A DNA stretch of 45,231 nt, taken from NCBI GenBank assembly GCA_964421535.1, contig CAYQYB010000002.1, positions 1 to 45,231 on the forward strand. Direction: 5' to 3'. Position 1 is the stretch's first letter, and every line of letters begins with the position of its first letter. Below are positions 24,078-32,800 of this stretch, one piece after another. Origin of the DNA: an uncultured Verrucomicrobiota bacterium. Its GTDB lineage: Bacteria > Verrucomicrobiota > Kiritimatiellia > CAIQIC01 > JAGNIJ01. The notes below the pieces were generated by a model, which saw only the letters and a program-made list of their open reading frames with translations, was not told the DNA's origin and made no database searches. The position numbers and the translations under genes are program-made.

Positions 24078-24587
24078 ATGAAAAAGATTGCTGCAGTCGT
24101 GGCCACGCTCCTGCTCGCCGGCTGTTCCACGATCACGCCGTACACCGCCGACATCGCCAAGGAGAGCCCGCAGTTCGGCTCGCTCACCAAGGCGGAGGCG
24201 GCGCAGATCATCAAGAAGCAGGCCGACGTCAGCGGCGAGACGGCCGACTACGGCAGCTTCATCGTCGACGAGGAGGGCTTCAGCTTCAAGAAGACGACCG
24301 AGGAGGAGAAGACCGAGTGGAAGGACGGCAAGCCGGTCTCAAGGAAATACACGAGCTGGATCGAGCGGAACGTGCCTTGGGACGCGATCACCAAAATGAC
24401 GCCGTACATGGAGGAATACAAGGCGCCGTTCCACCACATCCGCTACCGCGTCGGCCTCGACTACCAGATCACCACAGTCAAGTTCTCCAGCCGCACGAAG
24501 GAGAGCGAGGAGATCATCCTGAACTGCAAAACGTACGAATCGCTCGTCGACGTCACCGCCGCGCTGAAGGTGCTGACCGGGCTGTGA
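24078..24587 (+). CDS. hypothetical lipoprotein (169 aa)
   Basis: I place the start at ATG 24078. MKKIAAVVATLLLAGC has a canonical lipobox (LLAGC). The longer listed ORF would translate through the hexamer repeat tract. The mature part is K/E-rich and I recognise no domain. Confidence 0.65.
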   Translation: MKKIAAVVATLLLAGCSTITPYTADIAKESPQFGSLTKAEAAQIIKKQADVSGETADYGSFIVDEEGFSFKKTTEEEKTEWKDGKPVSRKYTSWIERNVPWDAITKMTPYMEEYKAPFHHIRYRVGLDYQITTVKFSSRTKESEEIILNCKTYESLVDVTAALKVLTGL

Positions 24588-24596
24588 CGGCCGCGT

Positions 24597-25958
24597 CTAC
24601 GGCCTCGGCTGTTCCTGCTTTGCCTGCATCTGGTCGAGCCGGGCGCGGGCTTCGTCGGCGGCGGCGGGAGCCGGGTTCGACATCAGGTAGAGCTTCAAGT
24701 CGCGGGCGGCCTCGCTAAAACGGCCGATCGCCCCCTCGGCGAGCGCGCGGCGGTAGTAGACTTCGGCCCACCACGGCACGATCTGCAGGGCCTTGTCGTA
24801 CTCGGCCACCGCGAGCTCGACGTCCGCCCCGTTCTTCGCCTTCTCCTCGAACTCCCGCCCCTTGTCGAAAAGAGCCCGCGCGTCGTCAGGGATGGGCGGA
24901 GGCGGCCTCAGCTCGCGCACGAGCGTGATCATCCGCCCCAGCAGGTAGTCCATCCGTTGATCGCGCAGCCCGCCGCCACGGTTCCTCGCCGATTCTTTCA
25001 GGACCCGGAAATCGGCCTCGTATTGATCGAGCGCGGGATACAGCTTGAGCTGGCGCCGCAATTCGTCCGCGGTGGGCGGCTCCTGGAGCTTCCGCAGCGC
25101 ATCCTCCGCTTTCTCGCGGACCGCCGCCTCGGGATCGTACGAGGCGATACGCAGGGCGTCCTTCGCGCGCGCGTCGCCCCGGTCGCCGAACTTCGCGGCC
25201 GCCGCCACGCGGATCTCCACGCTCGGATTCTCGAGCAGGTCGGAGATGTCGTGGCGGAACACGGTGTTGTCGGCGGCGATGTCGGTCTTCCCGAGGTCAC
25301 CGCCCTCGAGAGCCTGAACCACCGCCTCGATACAGGAGTCCAGCGTCAGCTTCCGGCTCCTGTCCCCAAACCCGGGGTCCTCGAACCCGAGGATCGTGGT
25401 GGAACTGCGCGGGATGTCTGTCTGGCCCGGCACCGGGATCAGCCCCAGCGGCGTGAACACCGTCCACCACGCCGCGTTCCTGCGCTGGAAGGCGACGGCC
25501 GGATACTTGATCGGTCCGTGGTCCGGGTCCACCGCGCTCACGCGCACGCTGAAATCCCCCGACTCGTTCCCCCCGGCCGGTGCGGGCGTGGGCACGAGGC
25601 CCAGGGTCAGGACGGTCAGCAGGGCGTATTTCCCCGCGCGATCGCTGAAATCGTCGTACTCGCAATCCACCTCCACGCTGACCGGCAGGGCATCCCGCTC
25701 CTCGGCGAAGATGAGCGGATACTGCTGGCGCGCCGCGGCCATGAACTTCCTGCGCGACATGTCGGGCACGATATTTCCGTAGCCGTTCGGCGAGGACAGG
25801 TTCAGGTTGGTGACGTTCACCTTCACGAGCCCCAGGGCGCGGTCGCGCGAGCCGACCGGGGGAAGAGTCGTGGAATAGCGCACCGACATGCAGCCGGTCG
25901 CGAACAACAGGCACGCGACCGCAGGCAAGCATACGAAATATGATCTCAGGCAGTTCAT
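24597..25958 (-). CDS. hypothetical lipoprotein with HEAT-like and TPR-like C-terminal repeats (453 aa)
   Basis: I place the start at ATG 25958 (MNCLRSYFVCLPAVACLLFATGC, a lipobox-like signal). The listed 641-aa ORF extends 188 Arg/Pro/Gly-rich codons upstream and overlaps the SGNH gene in another frame. HEAT-like segment VEIRVAAAAKFGDRGDARAKDALRIASYDPEAAVREKAEDALRKL. TPR-like end AEYDKALQIVPWWAEVYYRRALAEGAIGRFSEAARDLKLYL. Confidence 0.62.
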   Translation of the reverse strand: MNCLRSYFVCLPAVACLLFATGCMSVRYSTTLPPVGSRDRALGLVKVNVTNLNLSSPNGYGNIVPDMSRRKFMAAARQQYPLIFAEERDALPVSVEVDCEYDDFSDRAGKYALLTVLTLGLVPTPAPAGGNESGDFSVRVSAVDPDHGPIKYPAVAFQRRNAAWWTVFTPLGLIPVPGQTDIPRSSTTILGFEDPGFGDRSRKLTLDSCIEAVVQALEGGDLGKTDIAADNTVFRHDISDLLENPSVEIRVAAAAKFGDRGDARAKDALRIASYDPEAAVREKAEDALRKLQEPPTADELRRQLKLYPALDQYEADFRVLKESARNRGGGLRDQRMDYLLGRMITLVRELRPPPPIPDDARALFDKGREFEEKAKNGADVELAVAEYDKALQIVPWWAEVYYRRALAEGAIGRFSEAARDLKLYLMSNPAPAAADEARARLDQMQAKQEQPRP

Positions 25959-26038
25959 ACGCGCGCGGGTGAGATTCTTACCGCATGCGGCGTATTGAGG
26001 AAAGGCCGAATACGCGGGACGACGCGCAGGCGCGCGCC

Positions 26039-26692
26039 CTACTCCAGGTACGGCTTCAGGATGTCGCGCCAGATCCGGTATGCCGCGGGGCTCATGTGCA
26101 GGCCGTCCTCGACGTACAGCTCCGGCCGCGGCAGGCCGTCCTTCCCCAGCATCGGCGTGAAAACGTCCACGCATTCCACCAGCGGGTCCGCGTCCGCGAT
26201 CGCGCGGATCTCCGCGTTGACCGCCCTCGCCTTGTCGGCCAGGTGCCAGCGCTGGGGGCTCGGCTTGATGAAAAGGAGAACGATCTTTGCCGCCGGAAGC
26301 TTGTCGTGGACGCGCGCCACGAACTCGCGGATGTCCCGGACCACCTGCCCCGCCGAGCGGCCGTGCGCGAGATCGTTGTCGCCGTCGTAGAACACGATCG
26401 CGCGCGGCCGGTACGGGATGACGATGCGGTCCATGAAATAGAGGACGTCGGGACACGTCGCGCCGCCGAAGCCGCGGTTGAACAGGACGACGCCCGGGAA
26501 GTCGGCCTGCACGGTCTCCCACAGCCGGATCGTGGAGCTGCCGATGAAGAGGACCGCGTTCGTCGGCGGCGGGCTCGCGCGATCCGCCTCCTCGAACGCG
26601 CGGATGTCGTTTTCGAAATAGTTCTCCGCCTGGGCGTCTGTGGTCATGACCATCGCTGCAAGAAGAATGAAATGCCGCGCGAACCGCCGCAT
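26039..26692 (-). CDS. secreted SGNH/GDSL-family hydrolase (esterase/deacetylase type)
   Basis: Start at ATG 26692 (GGAGGG 7 nt upstream), with signal peptide MRRFARHFILLAAMVMTTDAQA. SGNH blocks: LFIGSSTI (block I Ser), NRGFGGAT (block II Gly), FYDGDND (block III) and EDGLHMS (block V Asp/His). Confidence 0.8.
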   Translation of the reverse strand: MRRFARHFILLAAMVMTTDAQAENYFENDIRAFEEADRASPPPTNAVLFIGSSTIRLWETVQADFPGVVLFNRGFGGATCPDVLYFMDRIVIPYRPRAIVFYDGDNDLAHGRSAGQVVRDIREFVARVHDKLPAAKIVLLFIKPSPQRWHLADKARAVNAEIRAIADADPLVECVDVFTPMLGKDGLPRPELYVEDGLHMSPAAYRIWRDILKPYLE

Positions 26693-26904
26693 GATCCCTC
26701 CTACTCTACCGCCCTGCATGACTCCTGTAAAACGATGAGGAGTTTTACTGCGGACGGACTACCCATGGGGTCACGCCCGTACCCACCCCGGCCTGTCGGC
26801 CACCCCTCCCAAGAGGGGATTTTTCCAAGATCCCCTCCATCGGAGGGGTGCCCGCAGGGCGGGGTGGGTTTTGTCAGCGAATTGCCCACCTACCCCCCAG
26901 CCAA

Positions 26905-28698
26905 TCACTGCGGGATAAATTCCACGCTGCTGAACCACAGGATGTGGGCGCGGGTCTTGGTCCGGCTGCCGTAGACCAGCCGCCGGTCCGCCCGCGCGCC
27001 GATGTAGCTGTACGCAGGCCATTGGAAGTCGGACGCGGAAATCCTGAACTCCACTCCCGGCCGCACGACCGCGTTGAACGCGACCTGCCCGTTGTAGAGG
27101 AATCCCGTGCTTCCGCGGAACGTGATGTTGCTGGCCGCAACCGAGACGCCGGAAGGCCGTCGGTACCCCATGCTATTGAACTTGATGATCACGTTCTGCG
27201 ACTGGTTGCTGGGCATGAACGTCAGCACGTCGCGGTAGCTGAACGTCTCGCGGTTCCACTCGAGCTCGTTGACATAGTCGGAGACCTGGTTGCGCCAGAC
27301 CGCCTCCTCGCCGAACCACGCGAACGTCGTCGGCGACGACTGCGGCGAGTAGGACGTGCTGGTTGCGTTTTCCGTTTCGCAATTCGGCGTCGGCACGTAG
27401 GTGCACGTCGTCACGCTCTGCTTGAGGATCTCCGTCAGCTGGCTGTCGGCCTTGGACCAGTGATCGCGGTACAGCCACCAACCGTCCACCGTGTCCCACT
27501 GCGGGATGTCGTTGAAGTACGCGAGCATGCTGTACCAGTTGCTGTACACGCCGTCCCAGAGCGTCTGCGGGAACGAGTTGCCCACGTAGACCGGCGGCGC
27601 GTTGCTGCCGGAGGTCGTCCGCGTGACGGACACCGTCACGCCGGCCGCGTGCCCCGCGGAGTCGCGCGCGAGGACCTGGATCCGGTTGAGCCCGTTCGTC
27701 AGGTAAACCTGCCCATACTGGAAGTACGACGTGAGCACGCCGTCCGCCCACTGGCCGTTCACGAAGACCTGGACGGGCCCGCAGTCGTCGAGCGCGTAGC
27801 CCTGCACCTGGACGTTCTCGAGGTCCGTCACGGTGCCGTTCGTCGGGAGGATGCCGGACAGCTGCGGCGGCAGGGTGTCGAAGACGAACCGCTGCTCGAT
27901 GAGTTCGCTTTCCGCGCCGTCGGACGAGCGCCGGAGCCGGGCGTACAGCACCTGCCACCCGTTGTTCGAGGACGACAGGTTGTAGGTGAAGATGCCGGGC
28001 AGCGGGTTGGTCGTGCTGTTTGCCATGTCCGGCGACTCCGAGATCACGACGGTGTCCGCGACGTGCGGCCCGAAGTCCACGCGGACCGCCGTGTTGGTGA
28101 CGTAGAACGCGTTGGTGTTCACGCGGAACTCGAGCATCGGCGCGCTCGCGGGGTTCGTCGGATGCGTGCCCATGAAGACTTCGTACCCGTCGAGCACCCA
28201 GTCCTTGTCCGAGTCGCGGTTCGTCGGGTTCGCGCCGTAAACGTACTCGCCGTAGTTGTACAGGCCGTCGCCGTCCTGGTCCTGCTGGCCGTCGGCCGCG
28301 TTCACCGGATCGAGAAAGCTCCAGCGGAGCTCGTACAGGTCGGGCATGCCGTCGCCGTCCTCGTCGAGCGAGTTCGTCTGCGGCACCCGGCGCACCTTGT
28401 AGAAGACCCTCTGGCTCGCGCCGGTGAGGAACGCCGTGTTCGTCCACGCCTGCATGCCGGCGAGGCCGAGCTCCATGTGGACCGCCGCGAAGCGGCCGGT
28501 CGGAGCGGGCGCCTGGTGGATCTGGAAGTACGAACTCGTGTCGCCGGGGAACCCGATGACCGCGTCGCGCGACGGGCCGCGATCGCCCGTGATCGTGAAC
28601 GATTGGGCAGCCGCAACAGCCGCCGCGAAAACGGCGGCGGCATAAAAGAATCGCGCGAGATGGAACAACCGATGCTTGATGGGAACAACCCCCTCCAC
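26905..28698 (-). CDS. secreted protein: N-terminal FYKVR-type module, thrombospondin-type-3-like Ca-binding linkers, Ig-like and unknown C-terminal domains
   Basis: 597-aa ORF with a GTG start at 28698 and a hydrophobic signal (LARFFYAAAVFAAAVAAAQS). Acidic DxDxDG repeats: DEDGDGMPDLYE, DQDGDGLYNYGE, DSDKDWVLDGYE. No catalytic motif recognised. Confidence 0.68.
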   Translation of the reverse strand: MEGVVPIKHRLFHLARFFYAAAVFAAAVAAAQSFTITGDRGPSRDAVIGFPGDTSSYFQIHQAPAPTGRFAAVHMELGLAGMQAWTNTAFLTGASQRVFYKVRRVPQTNSLDEDGDGMPDLYELRWSFLDPVNAADGQQDQDGDGLYNYGEYVYGANPTNRDSDKDWVLDGYEVFMGTHPTNPASAPMLEFRVNTNAFYVTNTAVRVDFGPHVADTVVISESPDMANSTTNPLPGIFTYNLSSSNNGWQVLYARLRRSSDGAESELIEQRFVFDTLPPQLSGILPTNGTVTDLENVQVQGYALDDCGPVQVFVNGQWADGVLTSYFQYGQVYLTNGLNRIQVLARDSAGHAAGVTVSVTRTTSGSNAPPVYVGNSFPQTLWDGVYSNWYSMLAYFNDIPQWDTVDGWWLYRDHWSKADSQLTEILKQSVTTCTYVPTPNCETENATSTSYSPQSSPTTFAWFGEEAVWRNQVSDYVNELEWNRETFSYRDVLTFMPSNQSQNVIIKFNSMGYRRPSGVSVAASNITFRGSTGFLYNGQVAFNAVVRPGVEFRISASDFQWPAYSYIGARADRRLVYGSRTKTRAHILWFSSVEFIPQ

Positions 28699-28797
28699 GC
28701 CCTAAGCGTGTGACAATAATTGCATAATTTGCATGAAAAGACAAACCGCAAATCGGGCGGTGAGCACGGAATCTTGACCGCGGATTACGCGGATAGT

Positions 28798-28821
28798 AGA
28801 CGCGATTTCGAAATCGCGTCT
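28798..28821. promoter_or_regulatory. perfect 24-bp palindrome (candidate operator)
   Basis: AGACGCGATTTC|GAAATCGCGTCT has two 12-bp arms and no spacer. It lies 2 nt upstream of a -35-like TTGACG in the divergent region between 28698 (minus gene) and 28862 (cyclophilin gene). Confidence 0.35.
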
Positions 28822-28823
28822 GC

Positions 28824-28851
28824 TTGACGGCGGCACGTTTCGGTGGATACT
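28824..28851 (+). promoter_or_regulatory. sigma70-like promoter candidate for the cyclophilin gene
   Basis: TTGACG (28824-28829), 16 nt, GATACT (28846-28851). The ATG at 28862 follows 10 nt later with no Shine-Dalgarno, giving a short or absent leader. Confidence 0.3.
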
Positions 28852-28861
28852 GCCCTGCCGC

Positions 28862-29707
28862 ATGAAGACGCGCGGATTTCTTGTCGTGTTCCTCCACAGC
28901 CTTCTGCTGGCCGCGGCGGCGGACGCGGGCACGCTGGTCCAGTTCCGGACCACGCTGGGGGACATGGTGGTCGAGCTGTACGACCGCGACAAGCCGGTCA
29001 CGGTGGCCAACTTCCTCCGCTACGTCTACTCCGGGCGCTACACCAACATCTTCTTCCACCGCTGCATCACCAACTTCGTGGTGCAGGGCGGCGGCTACGG
29101 CGTCGCGGACCCCGCATCGACGAACTCACTGGCCTTCTACATTCCCGTGTCGGCTTACGACGCGATCACGAACGAGTTCGGCGTCGGCACGCGCTACAGC
29201 AACGTGTACGGGACGATCGCGATGGCCAAGACGACGAACAGCCCGGACACGGCCACGTGCCAGTGGTTCTTCAACCTGGCCGACAACTCGGCGAACCTGG
29301 ACAACCAGAACGGCGGGTTCACCGTGTTCGGCCGCGTGATCAAGGGAACCAACGTCCTGGAGCAATTTAACAACCGCTCGCTGTGGAACGGCATAAGACC
29401 CTTGGATGCGGGCGTGTTCAGCGCGGTACCGGTGACGTTCGCCGGCACCGCGTGGCCGCACTACAACGAACTGATCTACGCAGCCGTCGAACCGCTGTCG
29501 GTCGAAATCCGCGCGGCCGCCGGCGGCGAGTGCACGCTCTCGTGGGCGGGCGTGGCGGGCATGACGAACATCGTCGAATACGCGGACACGCCATGGCCCG
29601 AGGACTGGCATTTCCTGCTGTCCACGAACCCGGCGGGCGGCGTGCTGAATGTTTCGGACCCGATGGCAGGCGCCACCAGCCGCGTTTACCGGATCCGTGT
29701 GGAGTGA
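28862..29707 (+). CDS. secreted cyclophilin-type peptidyl-prolyl cis-trans isomerase with C-terminal ~70-aa YRIRV module
   Basis: Signal peptide MKTRGFLVVFLHSLLLAAAADA. Cyclophilin core motifs: TVANFLRYVYSGRYTNIFFHRCITNFVVQGGGY, GTIAMAKT..SPDTATCQWFFNL, FTVFGRVIKGTNVLEQF. The C-terminal extension ends in ATSRVYRIRVE. Confidence 0.88.
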   Translation: MKTRGFLVVFLHSLLLAAAADAGTLVQFRTTLGDMVVELYDRDKPVTVANFLRYVYSGRYTNIFFHRCITNFVVQGGGYGVADPASTNSLAFYIPVSAYDAITNEFGVGTRYSNVYGTIAMAKTTNSPDTATCQWFFNLADNSANLDNQNGGFTVFGRVIKGTNVLEQFNNRSLWNGIRPLDAGVFSAVPVTFAGTAWPHYNELIYAAVEPLSVEIRAAAGGECTLSWAGVAGMTNIVEYADTPWPEDWHFLLSTNPAGGVLNVSDPMAGATSRVYRIRVE

Positions 29708-29877
29708 CACTACCGCACTGCCGTCCTCACATTCGGGGGCTCTCCCCTTCAGGCTTGCTTTTTGGGACCGGTTTTGTACACTGTTGGAAGCCGTTGCCGG
29801 AGGGGTAGTTCCGCGTAATCATCGAAAATCCTGCCTGGCGTATTGGCGAGTCTTTCAGGTGTTCAAAGGGGAGGGAT

Positions 29878-32800
29878 ATGCGCACGGACAGAACCAGGGC
29901 ACTCGTCGTTCTTCTCGTCTTTCTCGGCCTCGCATTTTCCTGCCGCGGCGGCACAACTCAACCGAACGGAAGCATCGGCGTCTCCATCGATGTCCCCGCG
30001 ATGAGTGTGACGCAATCGCCCGACGGCTTCGTGGACATCACGATCGACGGGTTCACCGCCGGCGGCCAATCGGCTCAGCCGATGCTTCCGATCAAAAATT
30101 CGTTCTACGCCCTCCCCCCCAACACAGATCCCGCCAGCGTGTCCGTGGTCGTCACGCGCGTGGAGTACGACGAGTCCGCCTTGCCCGGTCCGGTGCGGCC
30201 GCGCGGCGCGATGGCGCAAACCGGAAACCCGGATGCGCCGCTGTCCTACGGCGGCGCGACGAACGTCGTGGACGGCCGGGACATGGACGTGTACGGGCGC
30301 GATGCGTTCTTCCCGGCGCAGCCGGTCCGGCTGGCGGGCGTCCCGCAGATGCGGAAGTGGCAGTTCGCCGGCGTGACCGTCTGCCCCGTCGCGTATAACC
30401 CGGTGGCCTCGACTGCCCGCCGCTGCAGCCGCATCGAGTTCAGCATCCTCTATCGCCTGAAGACGAGCCCGCCGGCGGCCGCCACGTTGTCCGACTCAAT
30501 TATGGACTCCGCGGCGCTCGCGCTGGCGGCGAACCCGAAGGACGCCGCGGCATGGTACGGGACGCCCTCGACGATGGACGAGAAACCGTTCCTGGGCGTG
30601 GGCTATCTCATCATGACCACGGACCGGATCTACACGAACAGCCCCACGCTCTACGGGCTCGTGCCGCACAAGCAGATGATGGGCTACACGGTGTCCGTGG
30701 TGACGGAGACGGGCGTGGACGGGAATTCCGCGGCGACCGGCTGGAACGAGGTCACCGGGCAGTCGCCGGACGGCAAGGCGGACCGGATGCGGGAATGGCT
30801 TCAAATGCACGTCTCGAACTGGCACATCAAGTACGTCCTGCTGATCGGCGACCCGACGCCGGACACCGGCGACCTGCCGATGAAGATCTGCTATCCGGAG
30901 AGAACGGAAAGCACCGTGGCCACGGACTGGTACTACTCGGACCTGTCGGGCAACTGGAACCCGAACGGCGACGCGTACTACGGCAACTGGAGCGGCGACT
31001 ACCCGTACGGCTCGATCGATTTTCTCGCCGAAGCGATCGTGGGCCGGATTCCCGTCTACAACCAGGCGCACTGGCAGGGCATCCTGCGGCGGATCATCCT
31101 GAAGACGATCGCGTACGAGCGCGAGATGTACCCGTCCTGGCGCAGGCGGGCGCTCTTCGGCGAGACGTTCCTCGACGACGTGACCGACACGGCCTACCTC
31201 TCCGAAACGCTGAAGTCGCGCGTACTCAACGCGGAGGGCTTCGTGTCGCACACGATGTACGAGCAGGGCGGGCTGAGCTCGTACAGCGGCGCGACCAACC
31301 GCAACTCCATCTTCGATTCGGACGAGGAAGTGATGCACGAATCCGTGAAGAACAACTGGTCGAGCAACTTCTACGGCCTCGTCGAAATGTCGTGCCACGG
31401 CTCGTCGCGCGGCATGGGCTTCTCCGCGGGCAACCTTTTCGTGAGCTGGAACTGCGCGGCGTTGAACGACGCGATGCCCGCGCTGGTCTTCAACCTCGCG
31501 TGCAGCACGGGCTATCCCGAGGACAAGGACAACTGCGGATACTCCCTGCTGAAAAACGGCGCCATCGCATCGCTCGCGGCAACCCGGATGACCTACTACT
31601 ACGTGGGAACGCAGGAGCCGCAGATGTCCGGCGCGTCCGACCCGGCGATGGCCTATCACTTCTGCTCCCGCGCGGCGAGCAACCACGTGACCTTCGGCGA
31701 GGCGAACATCGCGATCGGCGAGATCATGGAGCTGAACAACGCCGGCGACTGGAACAACGTGATGACGTGCAACATCTACGGCGACCCCAGCCTCGCGCTC
31801 CGGCCGATCCTGCCGGACGATTCCGACGGCGACGGAATGCCCGACGCGTGGGAGTCCCTGCAGTCGCTCAACCCGAATGACCCGCAGGACGCGTTGCAGG
31901 ACACTGACGGCGACGGGCTGGCGAACAAGCAGGAATACGTCTGCCTCTCTGACCCGCGCGTCCAGGACTCGGACGGCGACAGCCTGTCCGACGGCGTGGA
32001 AGCCCAGCGCTTCGATTTGATCACCGGCGACCGGACCTGGGAGCAATCGCGCGTGGACGCTCTTTCGCGCACCGGCCACCTGGCCACCATCACGACCGAG
32101 GGCGAGTGGATGTTCATCCGCGCGTCGTTCAACAGCGCGCTGCAGAGCCGCTACACATGGCTCGGCGCGAGCGATGCGGAGACCGAAGGAACATGGAAAT
32201 GGGTCACCGGCGAAACATGGGGCTTCACCCGCTGGCTGCCGGGCCAGCCGGATGCCGGAATCATTCAGAACTATCTCGCCATCTGGGGCGAGGCCAGCAC
32301 CAACCTGATGTGGGATGACGGGTTCCCAACCGCAACCGCGCCGGGCTATCTCTTCGAGCGAAGCTGGTCAAGCGCGCCGATGAACCCGGATACCGACGTG
32401 GACGACATCCCCGACGGCTGGGAATTCATCAACGGGCTCGATTGCACGTCCGCGGCCGACGGCGAAGCGGACACCGACGGCGACGAGCTTTCGAACATCA
32501 CCGAGTATCAGCTCGGCGCAGATCCGGCTGACGTGGACACCGACGACGACGGGTTGACGGACGGGGCCGAGGCGATGCGTTACCAGCTCGTCGGCACATA
32601 CCTTACCTGGCCGCAGGCGCGCGACGAGGCGCAGAGCCGCGGCGGGCATCTCGCCACGATCACCAGCGAGGCCGAATGGGTCCAGATCCAGTCTTTGCTC
32701 GGCTATGCCCTTCAGGGCAAGTACGTGTGGATCGGCGCGAGCGATGCGGAGGCCGAGGGCCAGTGGAAATGGGTGACCGGCGAGCCGTGGGGCTACGCGC

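Noticed and set aside
25959-26522. Upstream 188 codons of listed ORF 24597..26522
   Set aside because: The extension is Arg/Pro/Gly-rich. It overlaps the SGNH hydrolase gene (26039..26692) in another frame. A lipoprotein-type signal begins at ATG 25958.
26848-29059. ORFs 26848..28713 (+, 621 aa) and 27173..29059 (-, 628 aa)
   Set aside because: These are shadow frames of 26905..28698, Arg/Val/Asp/His-rich with no motifs. The second would also run through the palindromic promoter region and into the cyclophilin gene.
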